Below the pieces are notes generated by a model that saw only the letters and a list, made by a program, of their open reading frames with translations, searched no databases and had not been told where the DNA came from. The position numbers were made by a program, and so were the translations under genes. A DNA stretch of 64,000 bases, taken from NCBI GenBank assembly GCA_046290225.1, contig JBKAGE010000070.1:250631-314630 (forward strand), in the 5' to 3' direction. This document shows, in pieces, positions 50,263 to 59,380 of the stretch. Within the stretch, counting starts at the first letter, position 1. Every line of letters starts with the position of its first letter. This DNA is from Bradymonadia bacterium (GTDB taxonomy: Bacteria > Myxococcota_A > Bradymonadia > UBA7976 > UBA1532).

Positions 50263-52194
50263 GATCCGATCCACCTTGAGCGCCCTGAGCTGGTGCTTGA
50301 TCTCGTCGAGCCGCCCCTGAGCCACCCTCCACTTTTCTGCCAGAGCATTCAGTTGGGCCTCAGCCTCTTCTCTGAGACGAGCGAGGTGATGAGGTCCATC
50401 TCTCAACCGACCCTCGAGGCGTGATCGCGCCACGGCTCTCGCCCGCTCGGTGAGCGTCTCGGTCACCGCTCGGCGATCGAAACGGACGCCCTTCTCTTGC
50501 GTCTTTCTCCACTGGAGCAGGCGGCCGATCAGCTGCTCACCGATGTTGCCGACACCTTCAAGGGTGTCGCGACGTACGTCGGCGGCGGTCTCCACACCTG
50601 CATGACGCAGACGTTTGAGGCGGCGCTGATTCAGGGCAGGCAATTTGAGCTGGTCGAGGCGGAATGTACTCAGATGTTGCTCGAGGGCCTGCTGCCGTGC
50701 GGCCATCACTTCATCTTTGATGGCCTGTGGATCGACCTGAATCCCTGCAAACCCACCCTCAAGATCGGCCAACAACCTCTGTCTGACTCCAAACCACTGC
50801 TGGAGGATGTCGACCCACTGTTTCTTGAAGATCTGGATGTGTTTGTGAAGTTGAAGCGCCTCGGTACTGAGCTCGGTGACAAGGCTTCGTCGCGCTCGGA
50901 CTGCCTGCCACCACCACCCCATCGCCACGAGGCCTCCGATCCCGCCGCCGAGGGCGAGGGCCAGGCGTTCAGTGCCCAGGCCGGCGGCCACCGCCCCTGC
51001 TGATACTCCAGCACAGAGAAGCGGACCAAGGAGGACGCCTCCACCCGTCGAGGCAGAGTGCGAGGGTGAATCGAACACCGGGCGCTCTGGCAGCGCTGGC
51101 AAAGCCTCGAGCTGGCGCTTGATGCTCGCCGCATCAAAGGGCGCCTGGGTCAGGCTGGGGGTGAACAGGTCGTGACCCAGCTGATCTTGGAGCGTGCACC
51201 ACGGACAACCCCAGGCGGCTTGAGGGTAGATGTGGCTCTCATCTCGACTGCAACTGCGCAGACCCTCCTGATGCAGGTGGCTGAGGTGCATCCTCCACTG
51301 TTGTGCTGACGGGCGCCCGGCGGACTGAGCCGCAAAGGCCTGCTCGAAGCACCTGGCGATCTCCTGGGGGACGAGGCTCAGTGCTGGTGTATGGGGTGGC
51401 CGATCTATCCCTCGCGCGCGCGCCTGAGATCCATAAGCGAAGAGCGCAGCCTTGATCGCCTCGGGGATAGACGGTGCCGTACCACCATCGAGAGCCACCC
51501 CTGCATGGGGATGGCGGCCGAGGAACAACACGTGAAAAATGAGCACCGCCAACCCGAAGGCATCTGTGTCGGGGGTCCTCAGCTGATCCACGAGTGACTT
51601 GCCCGAAAGCTCGGGAGGGAGAAACTCCGGCGCCCCCACTCGACACAGCCACCGCTGCCCCTCTGAGGTGATTTGAAAGCTGTCGGTGTCGATGAGTTTG
51701 AGCTTCACCTCACCGTCGTGGATGCCCACCAATACATTGTTCGGGTTTACGTCGCCGACGCAGTGGCCCCGTTGATGGAGCACGTCGAAGGCCTCTGCCA
51801 GGGCTGCGGAGACGTGCACCAGAGACGCCCAGGTGGCTTGGGGGAACTCCCTGCGTCGATCCTTCGGGCTGTAGAGCAGGTGTACCGGCTTGAGGCCCTC
51901 CACTCGGGGCATCAGCAAGCCCACCACCACACCACTCGGCGTGCTCAACACGTCGAGCGGCCAGGCGCTCACCGACATCAGCCCTGCATCTCGCAGGCTG
52001 AGCATGGCCCTGAGTTTGCCGATCTGCTCTTCCGCAGGCGGGCGGTGATAGAGCTTCGCCGCCAGGGTCTCGTGATCCCGCACGCTGTAAACGCTGCCCT
52101 CGCCCCCCTGGCCCAGGCGAGGGCCCAGGATCACCCGGGCGCCGGTGCTGCTGAGGAGCGGCCCTCGGTGGCCGGCAGGTGCCGGAGGACTCAT
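50239..52194 (-). CDS. TerY-P triad Ser/Thr kinase (YegI-like) with transmembrane segment and HhH-like C-terminus
   Basis: LGQGGEG, AAKLYH, AWP, VGDVNPNN, LIDTDSFQ, PPEL, GRHP, CPWC, GVETAADV...VGNIGE. Confidence 0.88.
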   Translation of the reverse strand: MSPPAPAGHRGPLLSSTGARVILGPRLGQGGEGSVYSVRDHETLAAKLYHRPPAEEQIGKLRAMLSLRDAGLMSVSAWPLDVLSTPSGVVVGLLMPRVEGLKPVHLLYSPKDRRREFPQATWASLVHVSAALAEAFDVLHQRGHCVGDVNPNNVLVGIHDGEVKLKLIDTDSFQITSEGQRWLCRVGAPEFLPPELSGKSLVDQLRTPDTDAFGLAVLIFHVLFLGRHPHAGVALDGGTAPSIPEAIKAALFAYGSQARARGIDRPPHTPALSLVPQEIARCFEQAFAAQSAGRPSAQQWRMHLSHLHQEGLRSCSRDESHIYPQAAWGCPWCTLQDQLGHDLFTPSLTQAPFDAASIKRQLEALPALPERPVFDSPSHSASTGGGVLLGPLLCAGVSAGAVAAGLGTERLALALGGGIGGLVAMGWWWQAVRARRSLVTELSTEALQLHKHIQIFKKQWVDILQQWFGVRQRLLADLEGGFAGIQVDPQAIKDEVMAARQQALEQHLSTFRLDQLKLPALNQRRLKRLRHAGVETAADVRRDTLEGVGNIGEQLIGRLLQWRKTQEKGVRFDRRAVTETLTERARAVARSRLEGRLRDGPHHLARLREEAEAQLNALAEKWRVAQGRLDEIKHQLRALKVDRISAADEAR

Positions 52195-52976
52195 GCCTGC
52201 GTGCCCCTTCGAGAGGCCAGGATCAGGCTCTTGTCGTCATCTGTGCGCTCGTTCACCGATGCAGAAGACAGGAAGCTCAACAGCGGCGCCTCGAGATCGC
52301 TCCCGGGCTCCGCTTGCTCCACAAAGCCGAACATCTGGTCGAAGAACGGGCCGTGGGCGGTGCGGGTTTCATAGTGCAGCACCAGATGCTGCAGGCCATC
52401 CGTGAAGGCGGCGAAGGCCTCGATGGGCCCCTGCACCAGGGCCCATTCCAGATGTAGCTCGGCATCTGAGGCCGTGGCGAACCAGGTCTCGTTGGCAAAC
52501 TCGCCGCGGGCTGGCCAGAACACCCAGTCGTACCCACCTCGGTGGCCCGCGCTGGGGATCACCATGGCCCCATCTCCGATCTGGAAGAACACCCCATATC
52601 GATCGTCGATGAGGGCCACCATCACCGTGCAGGCATACGCTCTGGGCACCGCACCTGCGGCATCGGCCCGTGACTGAATGGCGGTCTGAAACGCACTGAG
52701 CCAGTTCAGAGCCCAGGCGCGATCGAGCTCGGCAGCACCTCCGCCGCCCTCGACCAGCGCGCCCATGGCGTCGAGGGCCATGTCGCACGCGAGGCGGGCA
52801 CCCTCTGCACCCAGCTCCGCGGTGCCAGCACCGTCGGCCATGGCGCACAGGAGGCAGGGGCCATGAGGGCCCTCCACCACCCGCACTTCACAGGCGTCCT
52901 GGCAAGGGGTGTCATCTTTGAGGTGGGCCGTCCCCGGTGCCGATGCCGCGACATGTGTCCACGGGCTCGGGCTCAC
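52191..52976 (-). CDS. TerY-P triad PP2C phosphatase (YegK-like)
   Basis: GTAH....[34 protein letters not shown]. Confidence 0.92.
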   Translation of the reverse strand: MSPSPWTHVAASAPGTAHLKDDTPCQDACEVRVVEGPHGPCLLCAMADGAGTAELGAEGARLACDMALDAMGALVEGGGGAAELDRAWALNWLSAFQTAIQSRADAAGAVPRAYACTVMVALIDDRYGVFFQIGDGAMVIPSAGHRGGYDWVFWPARGEFANETWFATASDAELHLEWALVQGPIEAFAAFTDGLQHLVLHYETRTAHGPFFDQMFGFVEQAEPGSDLEAPLLSFLSSASVNERTDDDKSLILASRRGTQA

Positions 52977-53638
52977 ACCACCACCGTGGCCCAGCCGTCC
53001 GGGGCCGCCGGGTTTTCGAGGGCCAGCTGATCACCCGGGCGAGATCTCGACACTGAAGACAGAGAACTCGACAGCCAGGTGAACAGGCGTTCGAAGGCCA
53101 GCCCCTTGAGAGCCACCGGCTCTCGCACCGAGAGGCTCTTCAAGATCGACACGTCAGCGCCCTCTACCCCGACGGAGAAGAACATGAAGGCCCGCTCGGC
53201 CTCGCCGCGCTTCACCAGATCAGCAGCCTCGGCCCACTCGTCGGTGGGGGCGCCGTCGGTGATCAAGAAGACCCAGGGCCGGTAGTAGGCGATGCCGTTG
53301 GCCCGGTACGCCTCCTTGCGCAAGCGGAGCATCTCGAGGCCCACGGTGATCGCCTTGCCCATGGGGGTGCCCCCGGTGGTCACCAGAGGCGGCGGGTCGA
53401 AGTCATAGGCGGGCACGAAGTCGGCGATCTGCTGCACAGGGCCAAAGGTGACCATGGCCACCTCCACCCGCTTGGTGGCGAGGCGATCTGCCTGAAGAGA
53501 CTGTTGAAAGGTCTTGAGGCCGGCGTTGAGCTGCTCGATGGGCGCCCCCTCCATGGAGTGGGAGGTGTCGAGCAACAGCAGGCAGGGGCACCGGGGCTCC
53601 GGGTTCTCGGCAAATTCCGGATTGAGGATCAACGACAA
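52973..53638 (-). CDS. terY: TerY vWA domain protein (YegL-like)
   Basis: [46 protein letters not shown], FxWLSSS. Confidence 0.92.
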   Translation of the reverse strand: MSLILNPEFAENPEPRCPCLLLLDTSHSMEGAPIEQLNAGLKTFQQSLQADRLATKRVEVAMVTFGPVQQIADFVPAYDFDPPPLVTTGGTPMGKAITVGLEMLRLRKEAYRANGIAYYRPWVFLITDGAPTDEWAEAADLVKRGEAERAFMFFSVGVEGADVSILKSLSVREPVALKGLAFERLFTWLSSSLSSVSRSRPGDQLALENPAAPDGWATVVV

Positions 53639-53833
53639 CGATCTCTCCAGTCGAGCTCAAGGCTGCACGTTGAGACTATAGCCTGCTCCACTGTGACGAG
53701 CTTCATTTTTCCCCTGGGCCCGTTTCTGGCCTGCTCTGGCCCCTCTTCAAGGGCGTCCGTCATGACCCAACGCTTATATATCCTCCATATGCGCCGATTT
53801 CTGTAGGGCGTGCAGACATCAGAGGAGAACCCC

Positions 53834-54376
53834 ATGCGCCACGTCGGACTCATCGCCCTCGGCTTCGTCACAGCGGGCCTCAGCGCCTCAGCAGCCTTTG
53901 CTGGCAGCCCGGCTCAGGTGTACGCCCGGTACGCCGCTTCGAATAGCCCGTACAGCCAGGCCGTACATGCCGACGCTGCCGCAGAGGCCCTCGCCACCGA
54001 GGCAGATCCGCATGCCGTAGGCACCCCCGGCACCCGCTGGAACCCCACGGAGCGCGTGGCCCCGGCGACGGGGGTGGTGGACTGCGCCACCCACAGCCTC
54101 ATCGATCACCCTCTCGGACCGCATGTCGCCCGCGATCTCATCACCGAAGCCTGTCAAAAGATGGGCGAGGGCGATCTGGTGGCTCTCGATCACACCGGGC
54201 GCTGGCCCGACAGCGGCGCCCAGGCTGTGCAGACCCTCGTGGTGGCCGTCAAAGTCCCGGGCAAGAATCAGGTCGTGCTGTCGGCGCAGCCCTGGCGTGA
54301 CGCCGGAGGGGCTGCGGCAGAGCTCAACGCCATGTTCAAGGGGCAGCGGCCGGAGAGGGCTCGGCGAAAGAAGTAG
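53834..54376 (+). CDS. Hypothetical secreted protein
   Basis: GAGGAG RBS; signal peptide ending AFA. Confidence 0.6.
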   Translation: MRHVGLIALGFVTAGLSASAAFAGSPAQVYARYAASNSPYSQAVHADAAAEALATEADPHAVGTPGTRWNPTERVAPATGVVDCATHSLIDHPLGPHVARDLITEACQKMGEGDLVALDHTGRWPDSGAQAVQTLVVAVKVPGKNQVVLSAQPWRDAGGAAAELNAMFKGQRPERARRKK

Positions 54377-54384
54377 AGGTCAGC

Positions 54385-55686
54385 TCACTCGTAGCAGCTG
54401 TAATCGTAGGTGGTGGTCAGGACCTCGCCGGCGCCCTCTCGAGGCGTGCGGACCACCTTGCTGATGTTGCCGAACTCGTCGTAGGTGTACGACAAGGTGA
54501 AGTCGAGCAGCTCTTCGGGCATCTCGCCACCGTAGACCACGCTGTACCGCTCCAGGCTCTGGACCAGCGGCGCCTCCCCCTCGACATAGTTGAAGATCCA
54601 GTAGGCATCGAGCAGATCCTGCTGCTCCCCCTCACCGGTGAGGCGACGGCGCAAGATGCGGTTGGTCCGGCTGCGACGGCCCTTGGCGTCGAAGGAGAAT
54701 CGCCAGATCTCGTCGGTGTCGAGCGGGTCGAGGGCGTCGACGGTCATCTCGGTGAGTCGGCTGTTGGCGTCGTAGACGAACGACGTCGTCCACTGATCGT
54801 CACCGCGGACCACCTGACGCCGGGTCATACGGCCCGCGCTGTCGAATTCGTAGTCCCGGGTCTCGCCCTTGTTAAACGAGGTGCCGTTCACCGTGAGACG
54901 CTGGCCCCCAGGATCAAGCTCGTAGGTGAAGGTCTCGAAGGTGGCTCCGTCGATGCCGTCCTCGAAGCCTTCCACCCGCAACCGCAGGTTCCCGTTGGTG
55001 TACCGGGCGGTGTAGGTCGACGCGGTGTACTCGCCGATGTCGAGACGGTTGAGCTCGATGCGGGTGATGTTCCCGAAATCGTTGTAGCTGTAGACGCTGT
55101 CGGAGATGAGCTCCCCATCACGATCACCGGTCCAGTACGACTGGGTGCGCTGGGTGAGGCGGCTGGTCTCGTCGAAGGTGTAGATCGTCCGCTGGGGGCG
55201 GAAGCCGTCGGTCTCCACCACACAAGGCAACGGGTAGTTGTTGTTCACCACTGGCCCGTCGATGGGATAGAACTGGCGGAACTCAGACTCCGAGACCCGG
55301 CTCAGACACTCACAGGCTGTGTAGCTGTTCCCCGGCAGGCAGGTCCGGAAGCCCGGGGTGTCGAAGCGGGGCAGGTTGCCCTCGGCGTCACGGCAGGCGC
55401 ACAGCTGTCGGGAGCCTGGATCACACTCTTCAGGGCCCTCTTCTTCACACACGCACTCACCGAACTGCCCAGCGTTGCTGCACACCTGAGTACCGTCGGC
55501 CACCATGTCGGGTGAGTCGGGATCAGGGCAGGTGCACGCTTGCTCCTCGCCAGCGGTACACTCCGGGGCTGGCGCCATGTCGGGCACATCAGCGTCGACG
55601 CTGTCACCGCCACCTCCGTCGTCACAGCCAGAGATCGCCGCAGCCAGGACCGCTGCGCAGCCCACCATCCAAAACCTCGTGTTCAT
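54385..55686 (-). CDS. Lipoprotein with Cys-rich repeats and YD/RHS-like beta repeats
   Basis: Lipobox ISGC; CTAGEEQACTC and CDPGSRQLCAC repeats; YTFDETSR, YSYNDFGN, YEFDSAGR, YDANSR, YTYDEFGN. Confidence 0.75.
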   Translation of the reverse strand: MNTRFWMVGCAAVLAAAISGCDDGGGGDSVDADVPDMAPAPECTAGEEQACTCPDPDSPDMVADGTQVCSNAGQFGECVCEEEGPEECDPGSRQLCACRDAEGNLPRFDTPGFRTCLPGNSYTACECLSRVSESEFRQFYPIDGPVVNNNYPLPCVVETDGFRPQRTIYTFDETSRLTQRTQSYWTGDRDGELISDSVYSYNDFGNITRIELNRLDIGEYTASTYTARYTNGNLRLRVEGFEDGIDGATFETFTYELDPGGQRLTVNGTSFNKGETRDYEFDSAGRMTRRQVVRGDDQWTTSFVYDANSRLTEMTVDALDPLDTDEIWRFSFDAKGRRSRTNRILRRRLTGEGEQQDLLDAYWIFNYVEGEAPLVQSLERYSVVYGGEMPEELLDFTLSYTYDEFGNISKVVRTPREGAGEVLTTTYDYSCYE

Positions 55687-55866
55687 GCTCACCTCATCTC
55701 CACGCATCTGACCACCGCGACTCTGTGCAGGTCGCGCCACGGATGACCATCGGCGGTCTTCTCGATTGGGGGAGGGTACAGGGAATGGCCGATGTGGTGA
55801 AACAGGTAGAGTCGTCTACCTTGACAATGTGCCCTCGATCAGACTCCATCCGTCGCGCCGAGAGAG

Positions 55867-56742
<876 letters not shown>

Positions 56743-56751
56743 GCGCACTGC

Positions 56752-59160
56752 TTGATGAGCCTCGCGGCCCCTGCCCTCGTCACCTGCCTCGCCGACGCCG
56801 AGCAGCCCCTCGTCGAGGCCTTGCAGGGGATCACGCTCGTCGATGATCAGTCTCCGGAGGCCATCGCCCGGGCTCTGATCCATCTCACTGTCCTCTGCCG
56901 ATTTGCATCAGAAGGCACGACGCTCGCCACGTTGCCCTGCGCCCACCCCGCAGTCAGCGACATGTGCGACGCGCTGAGCATGCTCGCCGACCACGGCCCT
57001 GTGGCGTCTCAGCTCCGAGCCTTGAGACACACCCTGGCCCGACACCCCAAATGGCCCGCGCTCTCTTTCGAAGAGACCACCCACTTGCTGCCGCTGTGCA
57101 TCCGCAGACGCAATCCGGATCGAGCCTCGGCCCTCGGCCTCTTTACCACCCCAGCACCTGTGGCCCGAGCCATGATGTCCCTCGTAGCCGATCTCGGCGG
57201 CCTCGAGGGAGATCGGCCCTTTCTCGACCCTGCCTCGGGCACCGGCGCGTTCCCCATCGCCTTGCTCGAAGTCGCCCGCCAACGGCTGGGCTCGCGCTGG
57301 TCTACCCAGGCCCCCCATCTGGTGACCCGGATACATGGCCTCGAACTCGACTGGGTGATGTGGTTGGTGGGGCACGTCAGAGTGGCGATCTGGCTGCACA
57401 ACCACGGCGTCTCTGTCACGCCCACGCTCAGGCTTCCTCTCGAGCGCGGTGACGGCCTCACAGCCCCATGGCCTGAAGCCCTTCAGCTCGTGATGGGCAA
57501 CCCGCCCTACGCGCGTTTGCCCACGGGTGATCCTCGACGGCGCTGGATCACCCCCTTTGCCCAGGACAGCCGCGCCCAGGGTGCTGGAGGCCACGTCAAG
57601 AGCCTCTACAACCTTTATGTCGCGTTCTGGGGCCGCGCACACGCCGCAGTGACTCAGGGTCAGATCTGTCTCGTGACCCCTTCGGCCTGGCTCAACGGCC
57701 CTGGCTTCATCGGCATGCGGACGACCCTCTCCACCCCATCGGGCGACCTCTACGCCCTCGACCTGCGCGGTGATCAATTCGGAGGCCGGCGCACCGCCAA
57801 CCTGCTCAAAGTGCGTCCCCCCATCGCCATTGGCCTCAGCCATCGAAGAGAAGGTGCTCAGGCCACATCGGCTCGACTCTTCACGCTGCCGAGCGATCTC
57901 GACGCCCGACTACAATGGCTCGAAGGTCAGCCCTCGATCGGAGACATCCCCTGGCGATCGATGTCATCGCCCCTCGAAGCCCCCGTCCACGAGACTTCCC
58001 GTGGCTCAACTGAGCTGAAGGCGCCCCTGCTCACAGACATTTTCACGTGGCAGACCTCAGGGGTGCAATTCAAGCGTACCTGGCCTGTCGCTCACCGACC
58101 CTCGCTCCTGGTCGAGCGCTGGCGCATGTTGTTGAGCCACCCTGATCTCGGCGCGGCGCTGAAGTTGACCCGGGACCGCAACCCGACGCGCCCTGGCCGG
58201 CGAATCGTGGACCACGCCCGACTCGATGCACTTCACCCCGACATCGCCGAGCCGATACGCGCAGCCCTGGCGCAGGGTTGGGATCCTGAGGCGCCGCTCG
58301 GCAGCTTGAACCCCGATGCGCCCCACCCGCCCATCGTGCCTTATGGCTGGCGTGCCTTCGATGATCAGTGGTGTTTCCTCGACGATCGGCTCTGTGACTG
58401 CCCTCGTCGACCGCTCTGGAGACAGCACACCCCGCAGCAGCGCTACCTCGTCTCTCTGCTGACCAAACCCTTGGGCCGTGGACCCTCGGTCCTGCCTGGC
58501 ATGCTGGTCCCCGACATGGATCATTTCTGCAATCGAGGCGGCCGAGACATCGTGCCTCTCTGGCGAGATGATGGCGAAGGGGGCCAAGCCCCCAACATCG
58601 CCCCCGATCTTCTAAACACTCTATCGGCTACATGGAACAGGGCGGTCACCCCAGAGGATCTCTACAACTACACCCTGGCGCTGCTCGCTCACCCCAGTCA
58701 TGGCCGCGTGCTCGATGGCGCGCTTGTAGATCCGGGGCCGCGTGTGCCCCTCACTGCGGACGGCCCCCTTGCCGTCGAGGTGATACAACTGGGCCAGCAA
58801 CTCTTTGAAGTCTTTAAGAATTCACCTCCGGACCGAACGCTCTGCTGGTCCTCTCCACCTCAGCCTGAAGCCCCCCCGAGCTATGCCCTCAGAGACAACG
58901 CGATTTTTCTTTGTGGAGGTCGCTTCGAATTACCTCGGCCAGAAGTCGTCGAGCGTATCTCCGGCTTCGATCCGATCCGCAGCTGGGTGAAGCGGCGGGT
59001 TTCGAGAGGCAAAAAAGGGGTGATCCAATCCTCGGAAGAATTTTTTTTATCAGGCGATGAGATTTTTTTGGGGGTGGCCCGTCTGGTCTCTCGCTTATCG
59101 ACTTGGGCGTCGTTTTGGCCCGCTCAAGCAGCTTTTTTAGGAAAAGCGCTTAAGTTTTGA
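56752..59160 (+). CDS. N6-adenine DNA methyltransferase with type ISP (LlaBIII-like) C-terminal specificity domain; no nuclease or helicase seen
   Basis: FTTP, motif I DPASGTGAF, motif IV MGNPPY, NLYVAFW; C-terminal YGWRAFDDQW, PRRPLW, PLWRD, PRVPL, ISGFDPIRSW. Confidence 0.8.
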   Translation: MMSLAAPALVTCLADAEQPLVEALQGITLVDDQSPEAIARALIHLTVLCRFASEGTTLATLPCAHPAVSDMCDALSMLADHGPVASQLRALRHTLARHPKWPALSFEETTHLLPLCIRRRNPDRASALGLFTTPAPVARAMMSLVADLGGLEGDRPFLDPASGTGAFPIALLEVARQRLGSRWSTQAPHLVTRIHGLELDWVMWLVGHVRVAIWLHNHGVSVTPTLRLPLERGDGLTAPWPEALQLVMGNPPYARLPTGDPRRRWITPFAQDSRAQGAGGHVKSLYNLYVAFWGRAHAAVTQGQICLVTPSAWLNGPGFIGMRTTLSTPSGDLYALDLRGDQFGGRRTANLLKVRPPIAIGLSHRREGAQATSARLFTLPSDLDARLQWLEGQPSIGDIPWRSMSSPLEAPVHETSRGSTELKAPLLTDIFTWQTSGVQFKRTWPVAHRPSLLVERWRMLLSHPDLGAALKLTRDRNPTRPGRRIVDHARLDALHPDIAEPIRAALAQGWDPEAPLGSLNPDAPHPPIVPYGWRAFDDQWCFLDDRLCDCPRRPLWRQHTPQQRYLVSLLTKPLGRGPSVLPGMLVPDMDHFCNRGGRDIVPLWRDDGEGGQAPNIAPDLLNTLSATWNRAVTPEDLYNYTLALLAHPSHGRVLDGALVDPGPRVPLTADGPLAVEVIQLGQQLFEVFKNSPPDRTLCWSSPPQPEAPPSYALRDNAIFLCGGRFELPRPEVVERISGFDPIRSWVKRRVSRGKKGVIQSSEEFFLSGDEIFLGVARLVSRLSTWASFWPAQAAFLGKALKF

Positions 59161-59380
59161 GGGGTGGGTGTTTGAGCACCCATATCGCACCTTTCCATTC
59201 CGGAACATAAATATGTGCAAAGGCCCGCTTGAATGTTGCCGTTGCAAGGCCCGAAACGGGCTACACTGAACAAACGCTCACCTATGCACGGGTGCCGATT
59301 TGCGTAGAAATGAATGGGTGATAGTGGGACGGAAGTGGGCTACTTCCGGCAGGGTAATTCGGAATTTGAGGAGAACGGGC

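Noticed and set aside
59041..59069. Phase-variable homopolymers (T8, T7) in the methyltransferase
   Set aside because: They are short and lie in the last ~40 codons, so slippage would alter little; better explained as part of the A/T-tract region upstream of the next gene.
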